A DNA stretch of 64,000 nt from Limnochordia bacterium (GTDB taxonomy: Bacteria > Bacillota > Limnochordia > DTU080), in assembly GCA_050951545.1 (NCBI GenBank), contig JBMNJG010000011.1, forward strand, positions 1 to 64,000. The letters are read 5' to 3'. Under the pieces are notes generated by a model. The model made no database searches and was not told the DNA's origin. It saw only the letters and a program-made list of their open reading frames with translations. Of this stretch, positions 18,223 through 32,300 are shown piece after piece (position 1 is the first letter of the stretch; the number at the start of each line of letters is the position of its first letter). The position numbers were made by a program, and so were the translations under genes.

Positions 18223-19842
18223 GTGACGCGAGTGACGATTCGTTCCGAAGAGGTTGGTACGGGTATTAAGCAACGAATACAGCACTTCGAACCCGGCGTC
18301 ATGCTAGAGGACGCGAGGGTCGTATTGCCTGATGCACTTCGCGGATTGGCCGATGAGATGGGTGTAACCCTCAAGCAACGCATCAGTCGCTTCCAACCTG
18401 AAATGATTGTAGAGGACATTGGTACTGTGCTGCTAGTCAGTGACGGCATCGCCCGCGTGCGAGGTTTACGAGAAGCTATGGCTGGCGAGTTACTGCAGTT
18501 TCCAGGTCAGCTCGTGGGCATGGCTCTCAACCTGGATGAGGACAGCATCGGCTGCGTGTTGCTTGGCTCCTACGACCATGTTAGAGAAGGGGACGAAGTG
18601 CGCCGTACCAGACAGATCGTGCAGGTGCCCGTAGGCGAGGCCCTAATCGGGCGTGTGGTTGATCCTCTAGGGCGCCCGCTGGACGGAAAGGAACCGGTCA
18701 TCACTACTGCGTATCGATCCGTGGAAGCACCTGCTCCCGGAATTGTCGATCGTCAGAACGTACATGAGCCGCTTCAGACAGGGCTTAAGGCTATTGACGC
18801 GCTGACTCCCATCGGTCGGGGTCAGCGGGAGCTGATCATCGGTGACCGGCAGACGGGGAAGACAGCGATTGCCATCGATACGATTGTCAACCAGAAAGAT
18901 CAGGGGGTAGTCTGTATCTACGTGGCCATCGGTCAAAAAGCGTCTACGGTGGCGGGTATCGTGGACAAGTTACAGGAGCACGGGGCTATGGAGTACACCA
19001 TTGTCGTTTCAGCTTCTGCAGCTGATCCGGCTCCGCTGCTTTTCATTGCACCATATGCTGGGACCGCTATGGGTGAGGAATTCATGTACGCTGGCAGGCA
19101 TGTGCTGTGTGTCTACGATGATCTGACGAAACACGCAGCAGCCTACCGCGAGCTATCACTTCTCTTGCGGAGACCGCCCGGACGCGAGGCCTTCCCAGGC
19201 GATGTCTTCTATCTGCACTCACGGCTGTTGGAGCGAGCCGCCAAGCTGACGGAGGCACGAGGGGAAGGTTCGTTGACGGCTTTGCCTATTGTAGAGACTC
19301 AGGCCGGAGACGTTTCAGCCTATATTCCCACAAACGTTATCTCCATTACTGATGGACAGATCTTCTTGGAGTCCGATCTGTTTTATGCGGGACAGCGGCC
19401 TGCCATCAACGTGGGCATTTCCGTCTCTCGCGTGGGAGGCGACGCTCAGCTCAAGCCTATGCGGAGTGTGGCCAGTTCCCTACGTCTGGATCTTTCTCAG
19501 TACCGTGAGCTAGCTGCATTTGCCCAGTTTGGGGCCGACATAGATAAGGCCACGAGGGCGCGTCTTGTTCGAGGCGAAAGGGTACAAGAGATTCTGAAGC
19601 AGGGGCAGTATAGGCCAATACCTATCGCCGAACAAGTGGTAGTCTTGTTTGCTGCCATTCACGGCTATCTTGACAGGCTAGAGACGGATCTTGTTCAAGA
19701 TTTTGAACAGCAGCTTATCAGCTTTATGCGTTCTGGCTATGGTGGATTGCTGGAGAGTATCGCCCAGGGTGACTGGGACGAAGCGATGCGGGCAGAGCTC
19801 CGTGGTGCTGTAGAGGAGTTTGCTGGCAGCTTCGCCGCGTAG
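18223..19842 (+). CDS. atpA: ATP synthase F1 subunit alpha
   Basis: [17 protein letters not shown] and [26 protein letters not shown] motifs. Confidence 0.98.
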   Translation: MTRVTIRSEEVGTGIKQRIQHFEPGVMLEDARVVLPDALRGLADEMGVTLKQRISRFQPEMIVEDIGTVLLVSDGIARVRGLREAMAGELLQFPGQLVGMALNLDEDSIGCVLLGSYDHVREGDEVRRTRQIVQVPVGEALIGRVVDPLGRPLDGKEPVITTAYRSVEAPAPGIVDRQNVHEPLQTGLKAIDALTPIGRGQRELIIGDRQTGKTAIAIDTIVNQKDQGVVCIYVAIGQKASTVAGIVDKLQEHGAMEYTIVVSASAADPAPLLFIAPYAGTAMGEEFMYAGRHVLCVYDDLTKHAAAYRELSLLLRRPPGREAFPGDVFYLHSRLLERAAKLTEARGEGSLTALPIVETQAGDVSAYIPTNVISITDGQIFLESDLFYAGQRPAINVGISVSRVGGDAQLKPMRSVASSLRLDLSQYRELAAFAQFGADIDKATRARLVRGERVQEILKQGQYRPIPIAEQVVVLFAAIHGYLDRLETDLVQDFEQQLISFMRSGYGGLLESIAQGDWDEAMRAELRGAVEEFAGSFAA

Positions 19843-19859
19843 GGAGGTGTTTCTCGCAG

Positions 19860-22171
<2,312 letters not shown>

Positions 22172-22585
22172 GTGGGGCGCAAGCTAAATCTAGATATCGT
22201 GACGCCTAAGAGGCGCATCCTAAGTGAGGATGTGCAGTATGTGGCACTCCCTGGTGTACAGGGTGAGCTGGGGATTCTCTATGGCCATGCTCCACTCGTG
22301 GCTGGGCTGACTATCGGAGTATCCCGGTTCGGCGAACTAGGTGGCAAGATGCGGCGTGCCTTCATCTCTGGTGGATTTGTGGAGGTGCGTGACAACAGAG
22401 TCATCGTACTGGCTGACGCAGCTGAGTTAGCTGAGGAGATCGATGTTGTGAGGGCTCAAGCAGCCAAAGAACGTGCTGAGCGGCGCTTGCGTGAGCGGGC
22501 GGCTGATCTAGATTTCAGACGGGCGAGCAGCGCTTTGCAGCGGGCCATCTATCGCCTGAAGACCGCGGAAGTTGGCAAATCATGA
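22172..22585 (+). CDS. atpC: ATP synthase F1 subunit epsilon
   Basis: IVTP, GELGILYGHAP and ISGGFVEV with a C-terminal helical hairpin. Confidence 0.96.
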   Translation: MGRKLNLDIVTPKRRILSEDVQYVALPGVQGELGILYGHAPLVAGLTIGVSRFGELGGKMRRAFISGGFVEVRDNRVIVLADAAELAEEIDVVRAQAAKERAERRLRERAADLDFRRASSALQRAIYRLKTAEVGKS

Positions 22586-23673
22586 TGCCTCATGTAGTGC
22601 ATGTTCTTCCCTATCTGGAAACTGGGGGTACCGAGCGCCACGTGCTCACCCTTATCACGAGCTTACAGCTGCTCGGACTATGCACGGGTGAGGTGTTGGC
22701 TCCGCCTGGTCCCTTTTCCGAAGTGTTGGCAGAAAACGGTGTAACCTGGAGTGCCTTTCATTCTGCGCAGTCGGGGCTGTTCCGCTCTGCGCGGAGTTTT
22801 CGTCATGTTCTCGGGTCGAAACTCGAGCGAGCCTCACTGGTGCATGTTCACGCCTCGCCCGATCTGCTACTTCTGGCGAGTCTAGCGCAGAATCTGCGTC
22901 GGCCCCGAGTCTTGACAGTGCACGGGTTCCACGGCCGAGGAGGGCCAGTCAGCTACCGTTTGGCTGCAATGTGCGCCAATCGTTTCGCTGAAGCACTGAT
23001 TTGTGTTTCCGAATCGGAGAAGCGACTGCTATCGGCGGCGGGCGCTTACCCAGCCAAGCTCCATCGTGTCTACAATGGCGTGGCTGACGTAGCATCAGGT
23101 GACTGTGCCAGAGGTCCCGAAGTGCGTATCGCCTTTGTGGGTAGACTGTCTCCGGTCAAGGGGGTAGACGTGCTCTTGTCTGCCTTTGCACAGCTGGAGC
23201 AGGCCCTGGCTGGAAGGATTGCCGTGACTCTGGAGATCATGGGTACGGGCTCCCAGGGCTCAGAGCTAAAGGAACTGGCAATGCAGCTGGGTATCGGCGA
23301 CCGAGTGCATTTCCTAGGATATGTGCCTGACGCGGCGGAGCGTATTGCTCAGTGTGATGTGTTCTGCCTGCCTTCACGCGAAGACATGTGCCCGCTAGTT
23401 TGCGTGGAAGCTATGGCTCAGGGGAAGCCTGTCGTGGCTACTGGTGTCGGAGGCCTCCCCGAACTGGTAGTCCCTGAGGAGACAGGGCTCCTCGTGTCGT
23501 CTGACGATGCGGGTGCTCTTAGCGCAGCCTTGCTGCGGCTTGTCGACGATCCCATGTTGCGTAGGCGTATGGGGGCGGCCAGCAGACGTCGCTTTGAGGG
23601 GTTCTTCACGCAAGAGGTCATGGCTCGTCAGACCTATCGAGTATATGAATCTGCAGGCATTCATGAGGTATAG
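22582..23673 (+). CDS. Glycosyltransferase family 4 (GT-B)
   Basis: GGTERH, FVGRLSPVKG and LPSREDMCPLVCVEAMAQGKPVVAT motifs. Confidence 0.92.
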   Translation: MMPHVVHVLPYLETGGTERHVLTLITSLQLLGLCTGEVLAPPGPFSEVLAENGVTWSAFHSAQSGLFRSARSFRHVLGSKLERASLVHVHASPDLLLLASLAQNLRRPRVLTVHGFHGRGGPVSYRLAAMCANRFAEALICVSESEKRLLSAAGAYPAKLHRVYNGVADVASGDCARGPEVRIAFVGRLSPVKGVDVLLSAFAQLEQALAGRIAVTLEIMGTGSQGSELKELAMQLGIGDRVHFLGYVPDAAERIAQCDVFCLPSREDMCPLVCVEAMAQGKPVVATGVGGLPELVVPEETGLLVSSDDAGALSAALLRLVDDPMLRRRMGAASRRRFEGFFTQEVMARQTYRVYESAGIHEV

Positions 23674-23732
23674 CATTCCCATATCCTGCGAAGGCTTAAG
23701 GTAGGTATGTGCAGGATATGGGGGTGCAATGA

Positions 23733-24440
23733 ATGTCGTTTTCCTGGCGTAAGCGTATGCGGGCTAGAGCGACTATGCTTTGGGAAAAGGCCCGGGGCTG
23801 GTCGCAATCTTTCGTGGTATGGATCGTGTGTGGTGCAGCCATTGCCGCACTGCTCGTAGGCCGGTCGGTTCTGGTTCAGCTACTCCCAACAGTGCCTAGA
23901 GCGGCGATCTCCCAGCAAGAAAATGTAGTCCTTCAGCTGGAGCCTGAGCAAGAGCAAGAGCGAGAGGCTCCCCCTCCCGCTATTGAGCAAGTGCAGCCCG
24001 AAGAAGAAGTGATCGCTGTGAGCGAAGTCATAGCACCAATCGCTCCCTTCGATCCCACAAAGGCCGTGATGCCAGTGCAGGGTGAGGTGGTGCGCATTCC
24101 GGGCTGGTATCGCCATCCGGAATACGGCGACTGGCGACTCTCCCCTGGTATCGAGATCAAACCACTGCAGCCAGGTCAGAAGGTTGTTTCCTCCTATGGG
24201 GGCGTGGTTGCCCAAGTGAGCAAGTCGCGCACGGGTGGATGGGACGTGGTGCTCACCCATCAAGGCGATTGGAGCTCAGAGTACCGCGGCCTCGAAGAGG
24301 TGGTAGTAGAGCCTCAACAGGCCGTTTCTCAGGGGAGCTTGTTGGGAACAAGTCTAAGGGACGATGAGGCTGCCATCGCTTTTGTGCTTCGGCGCGGCGA
24401 GGGCTGGGTTGATCCGGGAAAATACCTATCACAGCAATGA
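23733..24440 (+). CDS. SpoIIQ-like protein: one TM helix plus a degenerate M23/LytM domain
   Basis: PVQGEV..WR..GIEI..G.V..V and WVDPGKYL give the M23 fold without the Zn ligands; immediately upstream of spoIIID-mbl as in Bacillota. Confidence 0.7.
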   Translation: MSFSWRKRMRARATMLWEKARGWSQSFVVWIVCGAAIAALLVGRSVLVQLLPTVPRAAISQQENVVLQLEPEQEQEREAPPPAIEQVQPEEEVIAVSEVIAPIAPFDPTKAVMPVQGEVVRIPGWYRHPEYGDWRLSPGIEIKPLQPGQKVVSSYGGVVAQVSKSRTGGWDVVLTHQGDWSSEYRGLEEVVVEPQQAVSQGSLLGTSLRDDEAAIAFVLRRGEGWVDPGKYLSQQ

Positions 24441-24454
24441 CGGATGGTCAGCTA

Positions 24455-24483
24455 GAATACGGTTCGGCCCCCGGCATATACAT
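24455..24483 (+). promoter_or_regulatory. Sigma-E-type promoter of spoIIID
   Basis: GAATAC-14 nt-CATATACAT. Confidence 0.55.
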
Positions 24484-24510
24484 TTAGCAAAACGGCGAGG
24501 GGGTCCGACG

Positions 24511-24774
24511 ATGCGCGACTACATCCGCAAACGCGTTGTTGATATCTCGCAGTACATCGTCGACACAAGAGCGACGGTACGCCAGGCGGCTGCCGTTTTC
24601 GGGGTCAGCAAGAGCACCGTTCATAAGGATATGACTGAGCGCCTTCCGAGGGTGAGCAAAGACATGGCTCGTCGTGTGAAGCGAATACTGGATCGCAACA
24701 AAGCAGAGCGCCATATTCGCGGCGGCGAGGCAACGAAGAGGAAATACGGTCGTCAAAATCGCCAGGCTTCGTGA
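24511..24774 (+). CDS. spoIIID: Sporulation transcription regulator SpoIIID
   Basis: ATVRQAAAVFGVSKSTVHKDMTERL..NKAERHIRGGEATKRKY. Confidence 0.97.
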   Translation: MRDYIRKRVVDISQYIVDTRATVRQAAAVFGVSKSTVHKDMTERLPRVSKDMARRVKRILDRNKAERHIRGGEATKRKYGRQNRQAS

Positions 24775-24913
24775 ACTGGCTGCACATTGACCCGACAAGC
24801 GTACTCCTCAATCAATCCAAAAGCAGAAGGGAATCCCTATCCCATCGTCGAAAACCTGCTTCTGACATAGGCCAGAATCTTGATCCCACAGGCCGGTTAA
24901 GGGGCAGGAGCAC

Positions 24914-25927
24914 ATGATTGCACGAGAGATTGGTATCGACCTTGGTACTGCCACGGTCATTGTCTATGTGCGCGGCAAAGGCGTCGCGCTAGCGGAGCCT
25001 GCGGTTGTGGCTCGTGAGACCTCAACCGGACTTGTGGTAGCTATAGGCGAAGAGGCCCGGAGGATGATAGGCAGGACTCCAGGCAACATAGTGGCCACTC
25101 GGCCGTTGAAGGACGGAGTAATCGCAGACTATGATGCGACACTGATGATGCTTCGCTACTTCATGGAGAGGGTCTGTGGCCGACGAAGGTTTTTTCGGCC
25201 GGAGATCGTTGTCTGTGTTCCCTCTGGCGTGACCAGCGTGGAAAAACGGGCTGCGCTGGAGGCATGTATGGAGGCTGGAGCAAAGCGGGTTCATCTGATT
25301 TCCGAACCGATGGCCGCTGCTATCGGGGCGGGGATGCCAGTAGAAGAGCCGGGAGGCAATATGATTGTTGACGTAGGCGGAGGTACCACCGACATCGCCG
25401 TGATCAGTCTGGGCGGCGAGGTTGTTAGTGACTCCTTGCGTATCGCTGGAGACAGCTTCGATGATGCTATCGTACGCTATGTACGCAAGGAGCTCGGACT
25501 CATTATCGGTGAACGCACTGCGGAGGACGTCAAAATCGGTCTGGGGAATGTGTTCGAGCCTAACCGTAGTCAGAGGATGGAGATCCGTGGGCGCGATTGC
25601 GTTACAGGCCTGCCCAAGACAGTAGCTATCTCGCAGTACCAGATGGCAGAGGCCTTAGAGGAGGCGGTGCGGGCGATCATTCAGGCGGTGCGCGCAGTGT
25701 TGGAGCGCACGCCTCCGGAACTGGCGGCTGACATCATTGACAAGGGCATTATCCTCACTGGTGGGGGTTCCATACTGCCAGGCTTGACTAACAGAATCGG
25801 TGCCGAAACAGATATCCCCGTTGAGTTGGCGGATGACCCCATTTCTGCAGTGGCCATTGGGACCGGAAGGGTTCTCGAGGATTTAGAGCGCATGCGCCAT
25901 GCGCGTGTGCTGGTAAGTCGGGTGTGA
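24914..25927 (+). CDS. mbl: MreB-family actin homologue (Mbl position)
   Basis: IGIDLGTA, RPLKDGVIAD, DVGGGTTDIA and TPPELAADI motifs; follows spoIIID. Confidence 0.9.
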   Translation: MIAREIGIDLGTATVIVYVRGKGVALAEPAVVARETSTGLVVAIGEEARRMIGRTPGNIVATRPLKDGVIADYDATLMMLRYFMERVCGRRRFFRPEIVVCVPSGVTSVEKRAALEACMEAGAKRVHLISEPMAAAIGAGMPVEEPGGNMIVDVGGGTTDIAVISLGGEVVSDSLRIAGDSFDDAIVRYVRKELGLIIGERTAEDVKIGLGNVFEPNRSQRMEIRGRDCVTGLPKTVAISQYQMAEALEEAVRAIIQAVRAVLERTPPELAADIIDKGIILTGGGSILPGLTNRIGAETDIPVELADDPISAVAIGTGRVLEDLERMRHARVLVSRV

Positions 25928-27177
25928 TTTCTGCGGTAGGTTTCATTCCTGTTCTTATGCTCATTTGCCATATCGTGTTGCTTCCCCTCTCTCCAGTGGC
26001 CATGGCCGTAGAGTCTGATCCGCTGAGTTCAGACGACGCTTCTATCGCTGTACCTGTGCTAGACGACCAGGTCAAGGCCGAACAGAAAACGTCAACGTCT
26101 GATCGACCGCTGGAAAGCTGTGAGATTGCTCCTGGCGTCAGCCTGGTCAAGCAGCATAGAATCGAGTCCTATGGTCCGGTAGCAGTAAACATCCTGGCGG
26201 TCACTCCGACGCCGCAGGTAAGCCTATCCATTGGGCTGGCCACACGCGGCAGCTTGGGGCTCGAGCCGCTATCTGCGATAGCCGAGCGTGAGGGGGCACT
26301 AGCAGCTGTCAATGGTACCTTCTTTCACTGGAGCGGCCTCCCTCTGGGGCTCTTGGTCGACAGGGGTGTCTTGATCAGCGCACCAGTCTACGAGCGGACA
26401 ACCCTGGTCATGCTCACTGATGGATCAGGGGGTCTAGATCGGGTTTTGCTACGCATTTGGTTGCAGCTAGCCGACGGCACGCGACTACCGGTGCACGGTG
26501 TCAATCGGCAAGCCAAAAGCGGCGAATGCGTCATCTACAACACTGCATTTGCTCGCGAAACCCCCTCGTTCGCACCTGAGCAGGAGCTTGTGCTCCGTGA
26601 TGGGATCGTAATCGGTCGGGCCTATGGCGGGACACCTCTGGCACCAGGGACCGTGGTGGTTGCTGGTGATCCTACTGGCAGGCTGCGAATGCTCGAGGTA
26701 GGAGAGCATTGCCGGGTGGCCTGGGAGATCCACCTGTCTGAAGCGAAAGTGACGATTCCAGGCGAGTGCGTCTGGTTTGCGTTGGGTGGAGGTCCACGTC
26801 TGGTCACGCGGGCGAACATCACAGTGACTTCAGACCGCGAGCAGTTTCGTTCCGATGTTTCTCAGGGGCGTGCTCCACGTACTGCGATCGGTTTCACTGC
26901 AGAAGGTACTCTACTTCTCGTCACGGTAGATGGGCGACAACCGAGTGTCAGCGTAGGCATGACGCTCGAGGAACTAGCGGCGCTGATGGTCGAGTTGGGT
27001 GCCGTCGAGGCGATGAACCTCGATGGTGGCGGATCGACCACGATGGTAGTGCGCGACAACGTCGTTAACATGCCGAGCAACGGCGTTGAGCGTGCGCTGA
27101 GCAGTGCACTGCTCATCATGGTGGAGGCTGCCGAAGCAGCGGATGCTTTGGAGGCGGCGACAGTCACATGTCAGTAG
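25924..27177 (+). CDS. Exported phosphodiester glycosidase (NAGPA) family protein
   Basis: Signal-like N-terminus; AAVNGTFF, GGGPRL, APRTAIG, VDGRQ and NLDGGGST motifs. Confidence 0.88.
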   Translation: MISAVGFIPVLMLICHIVLLPLSPVAMAVESDPLSSDDASIAVPVLDDQVKAEQKTSTSDRPLESCEIAPGVSLVKQHRIESYGPVAVNILAVTPTPQVSLSIGLATRGSLGLEPLSAIAEREGALAAVNGTFFHWSGLPLGLLVDRGVLISAPVYERTTLVMLTDGSGGLDRVLLRIWLQLADGTRLPVHGVNRQAKSGECVIYNTAFARETPSFAPEQELVLRDGIVIGRAYGGTPLAPGTVVVAGDPTGRLRMLEVGEHCRVAWEIHLSEAKVTIPGECVWFALGGGPRLVTRANITVTSDREQFRSDVSQGRAPRTAIGFTAEGTLLLVTVDGRQPSVSVGMTLEELAALMVELGAVEAMNLDGGGSTTMVVRDNVVNMPSNGVERALSSALLIMVEAAEAADALEAATVTCQ

Positions 27178-27236
27178 CGTAGTGTGGAACGTCTTGCCAA
27201 AAGGGGGGAAGCGGTGCGTTTGCTCACATCGGGCGA

Positions 27237-29201
27237 ATGAGCCGCGACTGTGTGCCGGAGATCAGGTCTCGCAGGATAACAGTACTTCTTGCGGTTTTAT
27301 TCGCCGTGCTATTGAGTTCGTCTGCTACAGCTGGCAATATGCCACTGATCAGACCTATTACTTCCGTGCAGAAGGGCGAACGCGGCATCGGAAAGACGGT
27401 AGTATCAGCTACGACCGTCGAGGAGTTTGGCGTCGAAGTGCTTGGAGTTGTGGCAGGGACAGGTCCCTCTGGCGCTCTGATCCTCGTACGTACCTTTGGG
27501 CCCCTTATTGAACGGACAGGCGGCATTGCAGCTGGCATGAGCGGTAGCCCAGTCTTCATTGATGGGCAGCTTATCGGCGCATTAGCCTACGGTTTTTCGA
27601 TGGCAGACCATACGATTGGTCTGGTGACGCCTGCCGACGATATGTTGCAGATTCGCGAGCTGCTTACTCGAGACGGCGCTTCCGGCGGCGACAAGCTAGT
27701 GCTAAACGTGGATGGTAGGGCATGGTCGGGCGTCGTTGTAGCCCGCTATCCTGGGGAAGCCGATCTACTGCGGAGCGTGCTACCCGCGGATGTTGGGGTA
27801 GCTGTGCCTCTGGCAACTCCACTGGCGGTGAGCGGTCTCGGGCGGCGCACGCGGAGTATTCTGGAGTCATCGCTGGCAGGATGGAGCCTGTTTAGCGTGC
27901 CTGGTGGGAAGGCACCTTCGGGAGTCGAGGCACCAGAACTGGAACCTGGCAGCGCGATTGGTGTGCAACTCATTAGAGGCGATGTGAATTTGACAGCCTT
28001 GGGTACGGTGACACTTGTGGATGGCAACGGTTTCGTGGGTTTTGGTCATCCACTCATGAATCGAGGAAACGTAGACTTCTTTGCCACTGGTGCCTACGTG
28101 CACGAGGTCGTGCCTAGTATTGAGGTGCCCTTCAAGATATGCGCACCGTTGCAGCCTGTAGGGCGCCTGTCACAAGACCGGCAAGCGGGTGTAGCGGGTG
28201 TGCTAGGTGAGCTTCCTCAGGCGATCGCCGTCAAGGTGGAAGTGTATGACGCAGCTTCTGAGAGGCTGACTCAGTTGAGTGCTGAGATTGCCAATGATGA
28301 GGGTCTCACGGTGCCTTTGTTGGCCATCACCCTGCTTGAGGCCTTCGACAGAGCCATCGATCGGATCGGCGCGGGGACCGCCACGGTGATGGCTACCATA
28401 GAGGGGGAAGGCCTTCCCAGGCCCCTTGTTCGAGACAACCTGTTTTATAGCGCTTCAGATGTCTCTGCTGTCTCTTTGGGCGAGCTGCTTCTGGGGACGC
28501 AGAAGCTCTTAGCGAATGAGTTTGCCCCGATTGGGCTTAAGACCATTAGCATTCGGGCGGATATCGAACCCGGACGCCGGACGGCGCGCATTGAGTCTGC
28601 CCGCGCCAAGACTACCAAAGTAGTGGCTGGGGAGGCTGTGGAGATCGAAGTCAGTTTGCGACCGTTTCGCGAGGAGACGATCACTCGTACCTTGGTTCTG
28701 GACATCCCTGCGGGCATTGCACCTGGGGAAGTGACTGTCTTTGTGCGAGGCGGGGGATACGGTGCTCCGCGCTTGATAGCAGGGGAGCTCGCCGAGCAAC
28801 TTGGGGAACCGGGGCCTGAGCCAGGTGAAGACGATGAAGGGGACGTATCAGATACAGCGGCGAGTTTCGACAGATTTCTCGCAGCTTTGTTTGAGCGGGA
28901 CCGCAATTATGAGATTGTGGCGGAGTTCTATCCCATGCCTTCTGAGTACGAGTTGGGGATCGAGGAAGAGGCGCCTTCGGTTCTGCAGTTGGTCCAAGAC
29001 GAGGGGAAAACGGGGAAACATGAGCAGAAGGTGCCGTCTGGGCTGGGACAACTTTTTGCAGGCGAAGCGATGCTAGAGCCCGTGAAAGCTCGGCTCATGG
29101 CCCCCTACTATATCCAAGGTGCTATCAGTCTACCCCTGGAGATCCTGCCTGCCGTTGGTAACGTGGAAGACGGCGTGGACTCAACAAAGAGCGATGGGTA
29201 G
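27237..29201 (+). CDS. SpoIVB/peptidase S55 domain protein
   Basis: GGIAAGMSGSPVFIDGQLIGALAY and FGHP motifs; signal peptide. Confidence 0.88.
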   Translation: MSRDCVPEIRSRRITVLLAVLFAVLLSSSATAGNMPLIRPITSVQKGERGIGKTVVSATTVEEFGVEVLGVVAGTGPSGALILVRTFGPLIERTGGIAAGMSGSPVFIDGQLIGALAYGFSMADHTIGLVTPADDMLQIRELLTRDGASGGDKLVLNVDGRAWSGVVVARYPGEADLLRSVLPADVGVAVPLATPLAVSGLGRRTRSILESSLAGWSLFSVPGGKAPSGVEAPELEPGSAIGVQLIRGDVNLTALGTVTLVDGNGFVGFGHPLMNRGNVDFFATGAYVHEVVPSIEVPFKICAPLQPVGRLSQDRQAGVAGVLGELPQAIAVKVEVYDAASERLTQLSAEIANDEGLTVPLLAITLLEAFDRAIDRIGAGTATVMATIEGEGLPRPLVRDNLFYSASDVSAVSLGELLLGTQKLLANEFAPIGLKTISIRADIEPGRRTARIESARAKTTKVVAGEAVEIEVSLRPFREETITRTLVLDIPAGIAPGEVTVFVRGGGYGAPRLIAGELAEQLGEPGPEPGEDDEGDVSDTAASFDRFLAALFERDRNYEIVAEFYPMPSEYELGIEEEAPSVLQLVQDEGKTGKHEQKVPSGLGQLFAGEAMLEPVKARLMAPYYIQGAISLPLEILPAVGNVEDGVDSTKSDG

Positions 29202-29304
29202 GCATTCAGTGTGAAAGCTGGTAGAGTTTGTGCACAGGGGCGACCACCGCAGTGGCGAAGAAAACTCACCAGTGCTGCCTGCGGGAGGTGACCCCTGTTT
29301 ACCT

Positions 29305-32300
29305 ATGCGTAAATGGTATCGAATCATCGTTGCTCTTTCTTCCTTGTTGGCTATATCAGCTACGGCCATCAGTGTGAGTCTGCCGCAGATGGCGCCATTG
29401 CAGCATGCCAAGACAGTGTTAGTTCGTGAGTTGGGCGTGGTCCTTGGAGTGCCATGTGAGGTGCAAGCCGTCGAAGTGACCTCTACGGGCAGTGTCCGGT
29501 TGAGCGGCGTGCAGTTGATGCTAGAGTCCGCAGAGGCACAGGCTTTCGTGGAAGTAGGCGACGTCAGCGTCGACTTCTCGTTGTGGCGTCTGCTTCGCAC
29601 GCACACTGTCATGCAGTCTATTCGGGCCGTTCGTGTGCATTCCCCCCGAGTCAAACTAAGCGGATCAGGGCCTGATTTGCTCGCCCTAATGCCTGAAGCC
29701 CAGACGGGGTCAGATCTCGGGGTGAGCTTCCCCATAAGAGTAAGTGATCTTCAGGTCACCTGGAGGCACGAGACGTGGTCAGAGCGCTTGTTAGTGCTAC
29801 AAGCGGTGTCTGATGGTGGCTTGCGCGTTTCTCTCAAGCAAAGCGTGTTGACTTTGGCCGCACTGCCTTTTCCAGTGCAGATCAGCGGTCTCGGAGAGCT
29901 CGTCGATGCCTCGCGTCTGGACAAGCTGGCTTTACGTGTCACGACTCCCGTGGGCCGAGCCGATCTTACGGGGCAGGGGCACAGCTCTGACATTGCGTTT
30001 GGCGTGAAGGGCTCTTTTGCTGGAGATGCGCTCATGCAGACCTGGCCCTGGTGGCCGTTGTCAGGGGCGGGTCAGTTTGAGGGCAAGATACGGGCGAATG
30101 CCACTGAGGTCGTGGTTACTGATGGTATGGCTCACCAGGCCCGAAGCAAGGTCTCATACGCCGTTGCTGGCCGCTACGACAGAGACTCCGGGCACCTGGA
30201 CGGACAGGTACAGTCTGCGGCCTTGCCCGCTAGCGAAGCACTAGCTTGGGCGAGACTGGCCTGGCCTTGGGAAGGACAAGTCGCGGGGAGACTGCATATT
30301 CATGGGCCCCTGAGGCGCCTCGTCTACGACATCCGAGTGACAGGCGATGAAGGAAGAGCTTGGGGGCAGGCGTTCACGGATCTGCTGGTGGACGTGCGAG
30401 TGGCTGACGGAGTCACTACCATTGAGCAGGGGAAAATGGGTGTGGCTGGTGGGCAGCTGGCGGCTCGCGGTCACGTTGCAGGTGGAGCTATGGACCTTGT
30501 GTTTGAACCCCAGGGGATACTCGTGAGCGAACTCCCCTGGGATATCACACAGAGGGTGACGCCGGAGGCAGCGCTAGAAGCAGAGATCCGGGTGCATGGC
30601 CCTTCGTTGGCCCCGGAGATCTCTGCGACGTTTGACGTGCCTCTGGCTGCTATGCGCGGCACCGTTCAAGCCAGCTATTCGTGTGACGCGGCTAGCAGAC
30701 TCACCGCAGATGTGGAGCTCCAGGGGAGTCTCTCAGGTGTTCCCTACGCCGCGCGCATCGTAGGGCGTGGTTGGGCCCAAGAGTGGCGCCTAGATGACGT
30801 GCAGCTTGCGGCTCGGGGGGGCAGTGCGAGCCTGCAGGGGTCTGTGGCACCGGGCAAGGTGCGCATCGAAGGCCAGTGGAGCCAGCTGCCAATGGCGCTG
30901 CTGGGTGTGCCGGACGTGAGTGGGGGGATTAGCGGCTCTGTCGATCTGGTAGCTAACAGCGGCACGGCTCAGGGCAACCTACACTGGCACGCTTCTTCGC
31001 TTACTGTGGCAGGGTCCCGGATCGTAGCGGCTAGTGGAACGGTTGGACTGCGGGCAGGCAGGTTGCATGTGGAAGACTGGCACGGTACTGCGGCAGGACG
31101 ACCTGTGCAGGTGGAGGGCTCTTTGCCTCTCTTTCCTCAGGTGGCTTCTTTCCTAGGCATACGGCCCGAGGGCAGCATGGATCTACGGATCGCTGTGCCG
31201 TCTGGTCCGTTGGCGCCTTTGCTTGTTTGGCTGCCGTTTTTCCCGGCTGGTCAGCCATGGGCGCGGTTGGTGCACGACGTAGAAGCCCATGGGGAGCTGC
31301 GCTTGCATGTGACAGGTACGCAGGCAGTGCCTATCCTTGACGGCGAAGCCAGCATTCAGAAGGGGAAGATCGCGCTTCCGCAACCATGGGGAAGTCTAGA
31401 TGGGATTCGGGCGAACGTGCTCTTTAAGGGGAGCACTCTGAGGTTTGAGAGGGTGAGTGCAGAGGGCCTAGGCGGACGCCTGAGCGCTGACGGTGAGATC
31501 GCGTGGCCAAATGCAGGAAGGTCCAGTGTACGTGGCCACATCACAGGTGATCTGCGCCCGAAAGTACCGGGGCTAGACGTGGAGGGAAATATACGCCTGC
31601 AACTTGACGGCACATTGGATGATCCCGGTATCACAGGCCAGATTGTATTGCGCAAGGGGACGCTGGATGTGGGGGCGTTCCAGGTGGCAGCGGGTCCGAG
31701 TCAAGCGGCCCTGAATCCTCGTCTGAGCGTGGAGCTCATGGTCAATCAGCTGCGTGTGAGAGCTGGATCGTTGCTGGACGTTCCCGTCAGAGGGCGGCTA
31801 CGGGCAACAGGCCGTGTACTGAATCCTGAGCTCTCAGGTCAGCTAGTGGCCGATCGTGGGCGCCTCAACTATCTGGGAACGAACTTTGTCGTGGAGGAGG
31901 CGGGAGCAGAGTTTTCGCCTTCGCGAGGAGTTCTGCCGCGGGTGTCGCTGTGGGGTACCACTTGGGTAGGCGGAACAACAGTAGCCCTGCAGATGAGTGG
32001 ACTTCTACCGCAGCTCGGGGCGCGCCTTACGAGTGAACCTCCACTTCCCCAGCAGGACATCGTGGCTTTGCTTGAGTGGCCCGGGCAATTGGCCCGGATG
32101 AACTCAGGGACGATGGATCTCATGGAGATCATGCAGAGGGGCATAGCGATGGGGTTGGTAGGCGAGGTAGAAGATGCTGTTCGTGAAGGCTTGGGGCTGG
32201 ATGATTTCCGTCTAGAGCCAGATCTGACGCAAAAGCGCGTCCGGCTTTCAATTGGCAAAGCGTTGCTGCCGCGTATTTATCTGACATATGAGCAGTCGCT

